From Bacillota bacterium (lineage in GTDB: Bacteria; Bacillota; Desulfitobacteriia; Desulfitobacteriales; Desulfitobacteriaceae): a stretch of 26,076 nt of DNA. The translations under genes and the position numbers were made by a program. The notes under the pieces were generated by a model. The model had not been told where the DNA came from, searched no databases, and saw only the letters and a program-made list of their open reading frames with translations. The stretch is taken from assembly GCA_023390635.1 (NCBI GenBank), contig JAEWCM010000171.1, positions 1 through 26,076 of the forward strand, read 5' to 3'. How positions within the stretch are numbered: the stretch's first letter is position 1; each line of letters opens with the position of its first letter. This document shows, in pieces, positions 1 to 7,331 of this stretch.

Positions 1-60
1 ATTATAGGGTATTAAAACTCCTATTGATTCGAGAAGGTGTCAAACCATTGACAATCCGAC

Positions 61-105
61 TATCTTGCATTACCATATAGTTAAAGTATATTGCAATGCA
101 AGATA
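61..105 (+). promoter_or_regulatory. Perfect 11-bp inverted repeat TATCTTGCATT (61-71) / AATGCAAGATA (95-105) with 23-nt spacer, directly upstream of the padR RBS. Candidate PadR autoregulatory operator overlapping the promoter.
   Basis: Read directly from the sequence. PadR-family repressors typically bind palindromes in their own promoter. A TTGACA box sits at 48-53 just upstream. Confidence 0.35.
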
Positions 106-118
106 CTGAAGGGAGGAA

Positions 119-466
119 GTGCTGGCCTTGATACCATCACAAATGCTAAAAGGCACATTGGAAAACTGTATATTAAAAGTGATCAGTAAAAAGGAAACAT
201 ACGGCTATGAAATTTCTCAGCAATTACAGAAATATGGCTTTTTAGATATTGCAGAAGGAACAATATATCCGCTTTTACTTCGTCTCGAAAAGAATGGTTT
301 TATAACAGCGGAGTATCGTGAATCGACGCTTGGCCCGAAACGCAAATATTTTTCTGTTACACCAACAGGGAAAAAAGAATTAGAAACTTTCATTTCAAAT
401 TGGAGAGAACTAGAATGTGCTGTTAATCAAGTATTTCATTTGGGAGGAAAAGAGGATGGAGACTAA
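119..466 (+). CDS. PadR-family transcriptional regulator
   Basis: The translation shows the PadR winged-HTH signature (GTLENCILKVISKKETYGYEISQQL...GTIYPLLLRLEKNGFI...YRESTLGPKRKYFSVTPTGKKEL). GGGAGG lies at 111-116. The true start is ambiguous: GTG119 is only 2 nt from the SD, TTG128 has an 11-nt spacer, and ATG143 gives the canonical MLKGTLE N-terminus. The stop at 464-466 overlaps the next gene. Confidence 0.85.
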   Translation: MLALIPSQMLKGTLENCILKVISKKETYGYEISQQLQKYGFLDIAEGTIYPLLLRLEKNGFITAEYRESTLGPKRKYFSVTPTGKKELETFISNWRELECAVNQVFHLGGKEDGD

Positions 467-1148
467 AACCAAAGCATTAAACCGTAAGAATAACGAATTG
501 GATAAGAACTTAAATAAAGAGAACAGCATGGTCATGACCGATATGGTGTGCTATCTTCGTGTAGCAAATATTTCAGATTATCACCAGGAGATTGTGAGGC
601 AGGATTTGCTGCAAATGTTTTTAGAAGCCCAGGAGCGGGGTGAAGCGATTGAAACAGTGATTGGCGGGGATTACAAAGCTTTCTGTGATGATATAATCGC
701 CGCATTGCCGCCTAAAAGTTTCAAAGAGCGTTTTTTTGATTTTGTTGATATCATTTTGCTCGGCGCGGCTATCCTCGGTGCCATTAATATCATCCTTTCG
801 AAAGAAATGTTTGAACTGATTCGCAACGCGGTCACCGGGCAAACTATGAATTATCAGCTGGCCGTTACGACAGGCAGGTTGCTGAGCTTCGCTGTAATCA
901 TTGCCGCGGCTTTCTTTATCGTCCATTTTATTGGCGGGCATGGGCTGGATAACAGGAAAAATAAAGGGAGCTTAAGGGAGAGCATCATCGTTGGTCTGAC
1001 AGGCGGGGGGTTAATGGCGGCCACTCTGCTGCTCACACAATTTGTTAAACAAACACTTTTTACCGTTAATATTTTTGCAGCCTGCTTGATTGTTTTGGGT
1101 GTTTATGCTGCACATAAGGTTTTGCAAAAGTTTATTACAATGAATTAA
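456..1148 (+). CDS. PadR-associated integral membrane protein (DUF1129-like; N-terminal soluble part, C-terminal multi-TM)
   Basis: ATG456 is preceded by GGGAGG (442-447, 8-nt spacer) and overlaps the padR stop, which suggests translational coupling. Hydrophobic segments run from about residue 105 onward. Family assignment is from memory of PadR-neighbour membrane proteins. Confidence 0.6.
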   Translation: METKTKALNRKNNELDKNLNKENSMVMTDMVCYLRVANISDYHQEIVRQDLLQMFLEAQERGEAIETVIGGDYKAFCDDIIAALPPKSFKERFFDFVDIILLGAAILGAINIILSKEMFELIRNAVTGQTMNYQLAVTTGRLLSFAVIIAAAFFIVHFIGGHGLDNRKNKGSLRESIIVGLTGGGLMAATLLLTQFVKQTLFTVNIFAACLIVLGVYAAHKVLQKFITMN

Positions 1149-1279
1149 CGTTAAGAGAAATTTTACACCATGACCTTTCCGGTATTTTTACCTGCCACTA
1201 TTTTATTTAATGATGTACTTCACTCCTCCGTTTTCCTGTCGCTTCAATTATAACAATAAGATTGCTCCGGACTAGAATT

Positions 1280-1328
1280 AAGCATGTCCATGAAACGGCG
1301 ACGTCATCGTTTCGTGGACATGCTTTTT
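1280..1328 (+). terminator. Rho-independent terminator-like hairpin (18-bp arms, 1 mismatch, 10-nt loop containing GACGTC) followed by TTTTT
   Basis: AAGCATGTCCATGAAACG (1280-1297) pairs with CGTTTCGTGGACATGCTT (1308-1325), followed by a T-run at 1324-1328. It lies about 130 nt downstream of the membrane-protein stop. Confidence 0.5.
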
Positions 1329-1378
1329 GATATAATAACTCTTGTTAAAGGAACCTCATATGATGGGAATAAAGGATA

Positions 1379-1825
1379 ATGAACTATCCTTTATATTATA
1401 ACAGGGAAGGATGCATCCCCATCATGAATCATTTAACCACAGAGCGTACTCCCCTCGTGATTGCTGCCGAAATCAATACGATCAAATATCAGATGGAGAA
1501 GATGTTCCTAGCTCAGGCGATCGAGATCGGGCGGCGCCTGAAAGAGGCTAAGGCTCTTATTCCTTATGGAGAATGGGGAAAGTGGCTTGAGGCGTCAGTC
1601 AATTACTCTCAAAGAACGGCCCAGCGGTTTATGCTGCTTTTTGATGCCTATGGTAATGCTCAGCCCCTTTCGCCTGAAGCCGGTTCCCAGAGCCGGACGC
1701 TGAATCAGGTTCAGACTAAAGCCCAGGTTCAGAACCAAAACCTAAATCAGCTTCAGGCCCAAGCTCAGGAACTGCCGAACCTGACCTCTTCCCAGGCCCT
1801 GATTTTGTTGGGGCTGCCCAAGTAA
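1379..1825 (+). CDS. DUF3102-like protein (phage/plasmid-associated family), N-terminal module. The functional start may be ATG1424 (MNHLTTERTP...).
   Basis: Conserved-looking core AQAIEIGRRLKEAKALIPYGEWGKWLEASVNYSQRTAQRFM. A Q/N-rich low-complexity tail precedes a TAA at 1823-1825. The next ORF is in the same frame. Confidence 0.55.
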   Translation: MNYPLYYNREGCIPIMNHLTTERTPLVIAAEINTIKYQMEKMFLAQAIEIGRRLKEAKALIPYGEWGKWLEASVNYSQRTAQRFMLLFDAYGNAQPLSPEAGSQSRTLNQVQTKAQVQNQNLNQLQAQAQELPNLTSSQALILLGLPK

Positions 1826-1843
1826 GAGCGGGCACAGTTTCTA

Positions 1844-2353
1844 ATGGAGATGGATGGAGAAGGGATGAGCACCCGGGAGCTGAAAAAGGCGGTGGAGCAA
1901 TGGCAGCAGGCCAGGGAGGAAAAAGAGCTGGCCCTTGCGGAACGGGACCAGGCCCAGCAGGCCACAGAGAACCTCATAAGGAACCTGGAGGAGGAAAAGA
2001 AGAAAACTGTCGAGCTGGCCGGGGAACAGGAGGCCCTGAAGGCTGAAGTGAATCAGATGAAGCGGGTCCAGCAAAAGCTCGAACAGGAGATCGAGAACAA
2101 GCAAGCAGCATATAACAAGCTTAAGGAACGGGCAAGCTACAAAGAGATTGAAAGGATGAGTGCCATACTGACGGAAGCCCATGGCAAGGCGAAGGCTAAT
2201 CGGATCGCCTTTCTGTACGAGACTCTGGACAGAACCTTTAAGGAACTGGAATATGCCATGTCGGAATTTGTCAAAGAGGACCCTGCGGTCCATGCCCTAT
2301 ATAGGGATAAAGTGAATAAATTTCTGGTCAAGGCCATAGAGAAGAAAATGTGA
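1844..2353 (+). CDS. Coiled-coil protein (E/K/Q-rich heptad-like). In frame with the upstream DUF3102 ORF, and a possible C-terminal half of one interrupted gene.
   Basis: 1379 and 1844 are both frame 2. Only a single TAA and 6 sense codons separate the ORFs. Composition is typical of a coiled coil (ELKKAVEQWQQAREEKELALAERDQAQQ...). Confidence 0.5.
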   Translation: MEMDGEGMSTRELKKAVEQWQQAREEKELALAERDQAQQATENLIRNLEEEKKKTVELAGEQEALKAEVNQMKRVQQKLEQEIENKQAAYNKLKERASYKEIERMSAILTEAHGKAKANRIAFLYETLDRTFKELEYAMSEFVKEDPAVHALYRDKVNKFLVKAIEKKM

Positions 2354-2505
2354 GACGGCAATACAATTAAAGAGGGACGTTCCATTCTTGCCAGTAATTA
2401 TGTTGAAACGAATGAAAAAAGCTTTACAGAAATTCCAGACAGCAGGCAAGATAATATGGAATTGCCCCCAAGAACAAGGATGCCATAAACTATTGGAGAT
2501 GCTCA

Positions 2506-2548
2506 ACAAAAATGAATCACCATGTCAGATCAGACTGATATGGTGATT
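2506..2548 (-). terminator. Weak intrinsic-terminator candidate for the EAL gene (9-bp arms AATCACCAT / ATGGTGATT, 16-nt loop, then TTTTT on the minus strand)
   Basis: Inverted repeat at 2515-2523 / 2540-2548. The minus-strand continuation reads CATTTTTG (plus strand 2506-2514). Confidence 0.3.
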
Positions 2549-2619
2549 TTAGCGACCGGAGGACCGGAAATATTGTGGCATGAAAATCCCGATACGAGCA
2601 AGGACGATTATCAAAAAAA

Positions 2620-4797
2620 TTATGATCGGGAAGCGAAGGCGGCCTGCAGATTTGCCGGTTCTTTACGGCCTTCGATGAAGGCGACCAGTTCTGCAAAGGG
2701 AAGGGCTCGGCTGAAAAGGTAGCCCTGGTATTGGTGGCAGCCCAGGTTATGGAGCATGTCCCGCTGGGGAAGCTCCTCCACATACTCGGCGATCACCGAA
2801 TAGTTCAATGATTTGCCCAACTGGACAATGGAAGAGATGATATCCCGGCAGTTATTGTTGGAAATGACCTCCCGCACTAAAGAACCATCCAGCTTGATCG
2901 TATCAAAATCGAACTCTTTCAGGTACAGGAGGGAAGTGTGGCCCATACCGAAATCATCCATGGCCAGCTTTACGCCCATTTCCTTAATTATCCCCAACTG
3001 GCGGATAATTTTCTGGGTGCTTTTCAGGGCCAGCTGCTCCGTAATTTCTATTTTCAGCTGATGAGGACTGATGTCGTAATTTTCCATGATGTCCCACAGA
3101 TTTTGGGTAAAATCCTCATCCTCAAGCTGGGAAGCGGAAATATTGATCGACATGGTAAGGCTAGGGCAGCCTAAATCGTTCAGTTTTTTCAGATCGGCAC
3201 ACGCCCAGTCCATGATTTTCAGTCCCAGCTCCTTCATGAACTGAGATTCCTCGGCCAGACCAATGATCAGAGGGGGATAGATGTATCCGAAACTGTCATG
3301 TTTCCATCTCAGTAAAGCTTCCACACCGACAATATTGTCGGTGAAGTCCATTTGGGGCTGGTAGAATAATGTGATTTTACCGTTTTCCAGATCGTTTTGC
3401 AGATCTTCCGTTAAAAATCTGGCCAGATTGCCCAGCTCATCCTGCCGGGCCAGGAGCGGGGCTGGACTGCCCTGTTCCTCTCCTTGCCGGAACAAGGTGG
3501 TGATCTTACCTAAATTATTATTCATCTGGGTTTCTGAAATGCGTTCCGCTAGTTTAACGAAGGGAATATAGCACCCAATTCCCAGGATGAAATTGAACAA
3601 TTGCAGGATGCTGCCGCTAATGGACTGGGTGGAAGTGTATCCGCCGATCAATATGGGGGTGGTCCATTCGGTGGAATTAATGGTATAGGGAACGATGCTG
3701 TAATGCATCGCCAGATAGCTGGTCAACGTCAAGAGAAGGGGAACGCCTACAAAAGGTATGAAATAGATGGGGTTTAACACAATGGGGATGCCGAAAACAA
3801 TCATCTCATTGATATTGAAGGCGGCAGGCAGGAGGGCGAGCCTGGCCAGCCGGCGCTGATTCTTATATTTTCCGCTGATGAGCATGGCGGCAATCAGGCA
3901 AAGACTTGTCCCGCATCCTCCCATCAGCACAAAGGTATCAAAGAACGTCTTGGTAAATAAATGATCAGGCATTTGTCCCAAAGCGACGGCAGCCTGATTG
4001 GCGGCCAGCCCCGGTACATAAATGCTTCGGGCCACCGGTTCCAGAATATTGCTCCCATGCATTCCGAAAAACCATAGCAGATGGACCAAGAAAACAAAGA
4101 GCAGGGAACCCCAAAAAGGAGAGCCGATCCTGGCAAACAGGCCGGAGAAAAGGGAGGAGAGAAAACCCTGCAGATCGGATATGCCCATTAATTCGGTCAT
4201 AACCAGATTAATGGCGGCAAATAAGGTGATGGTGATGGCAGCAGGTGCGATGGAGGTCATGGCATAATTAAAGGCCGTACTGGCACCTTCCGTAAACACC
4301 CGGATTCTTAAAAATTTCAGCGTATTAAGTTTGAGGAAGAGTAAGGTAGCGGTGATGGCCACCAGGATGGAGATAAAAACCCCAATCACGCCGAAGCTGG
4401 CAATGGAGAAATCTTCCTTCCCCATGCCGGAGATCGCAATAAAGGAGCATAGGGATACAAGGGCGGCGATCAGAGGACTGACTTTGTTCTCCCGGGAATC
4501 ATTCACTTCGGTGACATAAGAATAGCTGATGCTTAACAGCATGATCAGAGACATGATGCCAAACGTACTGTTTTGTATGTAAAGAAAAATATTTTTCCAC
4601 TGATCGCCGAAAATCTGTGCCATCATAGTTTGGTAGGAGGGAATAGGCAGGCTGAGGAAAATCAAAGCAACCGAACCGATCAGCAGCAGAGGGATCATAT
4701 AGGTAAGGCCTTGCCTGATGGAGGTGAGAAGGGGATGAGCGTTCCAACGGTCATAAAGCTTTGTATAGAGTTTTATGATCTTATCCAGATCTACCAT
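2620..4797 (-). CDS. Membrane-bound c-di-GMP phosphodiesterase: N-terminal polytopic PTS-EIIC-like permease-type domain fused to a C-terminal EAL domain
   Basis: C-terminal EAL motifs are present (VEALLRW, DDFGMGHTSLLYL, KLDGSLV, EYVE, QGYLFS). The N-terminal roughly 430 aa are highly hydrophobic with about 10 TM segments. A strong SD GGAGGAG sits 6 nt before ATG4797. Confidence 0.85.
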   Translation of the reverse strand: MVDLDKIIKLYTKLYDRWNAHPLLTSIRQGLTYMIPLLLIGSVALIFLSLPIPSYQTMMAQIFGDQWKNIFLYIQNSTFGIMSLIMLLSISYSYVTEVNDSRENKVSPLIAALVSLCSFIAISGMGKEDFSIASFGVIGVFISILVAITATLLFLKLNTLKFLRIRVFTEGASTAFNYAMTSIAPAAITITLFAAINLVMTELMGISDLQGFLSSLFSGLFARIGSPFWGSLLFVFLVHLLWFFGMHGSNILEPVARSIYVPGLAANQAAVALGQMPDHLFTKTFFDTFVLMGGCGTSLCLIAAMLISGKYKNQRRLARLALLPAAFNINEMIVFGIPIVLNPIYFIPFVGVPLLLTLTSYLAMHYSIVPYTINSTEWTTPILIGGYTSTQSISGSILQLFNFILGIGCYIPFVKLAERISETQMNNNLGKITTLFRQGEEQGSPAPLLARQDELGNLARFLTEDLQNDLENGKITLFYQPQMDFTDNIVGVEALLRWKHDSFGYIYPPLIIGLAEESQFMKELGLKIMDWACADLKKLNDLGCPSLTMSINISASQLEDEDFTQNLWDIMENYDISPHQLKIEITEQLALKSTQKIIRQLGIIKEMGVKLAMDDFGMGHTSLLYLKEFDFDTIKLDGSLVREVISNNNCRDIISSIVQLGKSLNYSVIAEYVEELPQRDMLHNLGCHQYQGYLFSRALPFAELVAFIEGRKEPANLQAAFASRS

Positions 4798-5026
4798 GAA
4801 TGACTCCTCCTGCCATACCGTAAAATACAGAATGGCTATGGAATTTGAGATATTTTTCGCAAAAAATAATACTAAATAACATTATCAGAGGAAACTTAAA
4901 CCAAGAGAAGAGAATTTGTCTATAAGAGGATTATAACGGAAACCATGCCATTAATCCACCGTATTTGCCTGTTTAAATAACCCTCCGGAGTAGGACTTGC
5001 GGCTTAACCCCATAATATAAGAGCAA

Positions 5027-5060
5027 TAAAAAAAGGCCCTTGATAGGACCTGAAAGGGCA
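5027..5060 (-). terminator. Rho-independent terminator of the GntR-ABC operon (stem GCCCTT/AAGGGC then T7 on the minus strand)
   Basis: Plus strand reads AAAAAAA-GGCCCTT-gataggacctga-AAGGGC, i.e. hairpin plus U-run in the minus-strand transcript. It lies 112 nt past the permease stop. Confidence 0.5.
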
Positions 5061-5171
5061 GCGTTGTTAGTTAAGCCTGCCTTCCCTCAAAAATTATTTC
5101 CCTATTATATAAATGTTTTTTTTATTATCCCAGTTCTATAACACTCAAATTTGCGTTACAATAGATACTGT

Positions 5172-5807
5172 TCAGAATTCTCTGTCAGCATAAAACTTTG
5201 TGGAGATAAAGACGGAGAAAACCAGCAGCAGCAGACCGGTGCCTATGATGCCGGCTATAATAGCTCCCTCGCTGAGGGAAAGTAAAAAGTCGGCAAAGGG
5301 CAGGTGAACGGTCGGCAAATAAGCTAACAGCAAAGAAGGGATGGCAAAGGCTCCAATTAAGATCACAATGTTGAGCAGACGCGCTTTCATATATCCAAAC
5401 CTGAAATTGAAGGGCAGATAAAGTGAAATGAGCAGAACGGCGGCAAAGAAGGTACCTACGGTCGTCTCGGCATTGATGGCGGCAGTATTGACCGGAAGAT
5501 TGGCTGCTTTAATGATAAAGGTGAGGATGGAGAACTCCAGAAAAGCCAACAGGGTAAAAAGCAGGGCAGTGGCATATTTGGCGGCGACAATCGTCTGCCG
5601 TTTGACAGGCAGGCTGTTAAGCATGATTTCACACTTGTTTTTATCGTCCCAGGCCATGGTGTTGCTCAGAAGGAGGTAGCTGACGGCAATCACACCGCCG
5701 ATGAAGCCTGCTTGGGGAAAGCCTATCAACATAATGGTTCCGTAAAATAAAGCAAATAATAAACTTTTCTTAATCAGCAGGAAATCTTTGATAATCAAAC
5801 CACTCAT
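5172..5807 (-). CDS. ABC-2 family transporter permease (6 TM, small)
   Basis: Hydrophobic 211-aa protein. ATGA start/stop overlap with the upstream ATPase gene (5804-5807). Operon context with a GntR gene and an ABC ATPase. Confidence 0.75.
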   Translation of the reverse strand: MSGLIIKDFLLIKKSLLFALFYGTIMLIGFPQAGFIGGVIAVSYLLLSNTMAWDDKNKCEIMLNSLPVKRQTIVAAKYATALLFTLLAFLEFSILTFIIKAANLPVNTAAINAETTVGTFFAAVLLISLYLPFNFRFGYMKARLLNIVILIGAFAIPSLLLAYLPTVHLPFADFLLSLSEGAIIAGIIGTGLLLLVFSVFISTKFYADREF

Positions 5808-6676
5808 CCTTTTCCCTCCTTAATGATGTAGAACATAATTTCTTCCAGGGTTGGTCTTGCTACAGCGATTTGTTCCCTAGGAAGGAGGGAATGCTCTGGC
5901 CCCTTATACAGCCCCTCAAAACCAAAGCTGTTTTCCTTGATGCCGGCCAGATGGCTGGTGAAGGGAGCGGTGAGCAGGGATTTAGGTCCCTTCACCAGGT
6001 GGTACTCGTCGAACAGAGCCTCTTTGCTTTGACTGAAAACAATTTCCCCCTGATGGATCATGGTGATATAATCTGCCGTTTTTTCCAGGTCGGAAGTGAT
6101 ATGGGTGGAGAAGAAAATGGCCTTTTCTTCATCCTGCATCAGCCAGGAAAGGATCTCCAGCAGTTCGCTTCGCACGATGGGATCGAGACCGGACGTCGGT
6201 TCATCCATAATCAGCAGCTTGGCTTGATGGGAAAGGGCAACGGCCAGAGAAAATTTCATTTTCATCCCTTTGGACAACTCTTTGATCTTTAAACTCGGAT
6301 TAACCTGAAACTTTTTTAAATAGTCGGCAAAGGTGGAATCTTCCCAATGCCGGTAAAAGCGGCTCATCATCCGGGCGGTTTCGCCCAGCGTTAATTCTTC
6401 ATAAAAGAATCCTTCATCATAGACGAACCCGATTTGTTCCTTTACATCCTTTTCATGGCGCTGATGATCCAAACCCAAGATCTTAATCTCTCCGCTGTCC
6501 TTGCGCAGCAAATTCATCATCAACTTGATGGTAGTGCTCTTGCCCGCACCGTTGGGGCCGATAAACCCCATGATGTACCCCCTGGGCAAGATAAAGGAGA
6601 CATTTTTCAGGGAAAAGTCGTGAAAACGTTTGTTCAATTGCCTGATTTCAATGGCATTATTCGTGACAGGATTCAT
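5804..6676 (-). CDS. ABC transporter ATP-binding protein
   Basis: Walker A GPNGAGKSTT, signature-like LSKGMKMK, Walker B LLIMDEPTSGLD, H-loop. Overlaps the GntR stop (6673-6676). Confidence 0.9.
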   Translation of the reverse strand: MNPVTNNAIEIRQLNKRFHDFSLKNVSFILPRGYIMGFIGPNGAGKSTTIKLMMNLLRKDSGEIKILGLDHQRHEKDVKEQIGFVYDEGFFYEELTLGETARMMSRFYRHWEDSTFADYLKKFQVNPSLKIKELSKGMKMKFSLAVALSHQAKLLIMDEPTSGLDPIVRSELLEILSWLMQDEEKAIFFSTHITSDLEKTADYITMIHQGEIVFSQSKEALFDEYHLVKGPKSLLTAPFTSHLAGIKENSFGFEGLYKGPEHSLLPREQIAVARPTLEEIMFYIIKEGKG

Positions 6677-7053
6677 TTTTCCGCCTCCTCATAGATTAAT
6701 TCCAGCATTTCAATGATCTCACCCAGGCTCAGACCGGCAAATTGGGCGGCCTGGACAGCTTCGGCCAGTTTTTCCTCAACGGTGCGTAACCGACCTTCCC
6801 TGACCAGCTCACTGTTTTGCTGCGAAACGAAGGAACCCTTGCCTGATACCGTTTCGATAAATCCTTCCTTTTCCAGCTCTTCATAGGCTCTTTTTGTGGT
6901 GATCACGCTGATCTGCAATTCTTTGGCCAGCATGCGGATGGAGGGAAGGGGTTCTCCGGCCTTCAGTTCGCCGGTCAGCACCATATGCTTGAGTTGGAGG
7001 AGGATTTGCCGGTAAATCGGCTCCGGTGAAGCATTGGATATGATAATATTCAC
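6673..7053 (-). CDS. GntR-family transcriptional regulator, YtrA/YhcF-like short subtype (HTH only, no effector domain)
   Basis: 126 aa. GntR HTH: PLPSIRMLAKELQISVITTKRAYEELEKEGFIETVSGKGSFV. First gene of the gntR-ABC ATPase-permease operon. Confidence 0.85.
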   Translation of the reverse strand: MNIIISNASPEPIYRQILLQLKHMVLTGELKAGEPLPSIRMLAKELQISVITTKRAYEELEKEGFIETVSGKGSFVSQQNSELVREGRLRTVEEKLAEAVQAAQFAGLSLGEIIEMLELIYEEAEK

Positions 7054-7085
7054 AGTCGATGCACCTCATTTTTCCGATCGCTCCA

Positions 7086-7130
7086 TTGTATATATCGTAT
7101 ATACTGTATATATAATATATATACAGTATA
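7086..7130. promoter_or_regulatory. Divergent control region. A 31-bp perfect palindrome (7100-7130, TATACTGTATATATA-A-TATATATACAGTATA). Three direct GTATATA repeats at 9-bp phase (7088, 7097, 7106) plus one inverted copy. An embedded TATAAT at 7111-7116.
   Basis: Read directly from the sequence. It lies between the divergently transcribed gntR (minus) and patB-like (plus) genes. GntR/YtrA dimers bind palindromic operators overlapping their promoters. Confidence 0.55.
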
Positions 7131-7331
7131 GGCCATTATCGACTCGATGTCAATCATGGCAGTAAGATGGATAGGCAGATAAAATTGATAGACAGAGCAG
7201 CGACGATAGCTCACAGAATGTTAAGAAAATTTATACTTGCGGCAAGAGGATTTTCGGGGATAAAAGAGAATTTAAAAAGGAATCCGGAAGAAAATTACTT
7301 AAAAGATCGATTTACAGGAGGCGTTTACATC

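Noticed and set aside
621-1036. Minus-strand ORFs (106 aa, 60 aa) inside the PadR-associated membrane gene
   Set aside because: Antisense to a CDS with coherent TM topology and coupled start. No RBS.
2522-2722. 66-aa plus-strand ORF overlapping the 3' end of the EAL gene
   Set aside because: Convergent overlap with a confident CDS. No SD. Composition unlike local genes.
7167-7331. N-terminal 55-aa extension of the aminotransferase ORF
   Set aside because: No similarity to PatB/MalY N-termini, which begin at MKYDFD. A strong AGGAGG SD precedes TTG7332.
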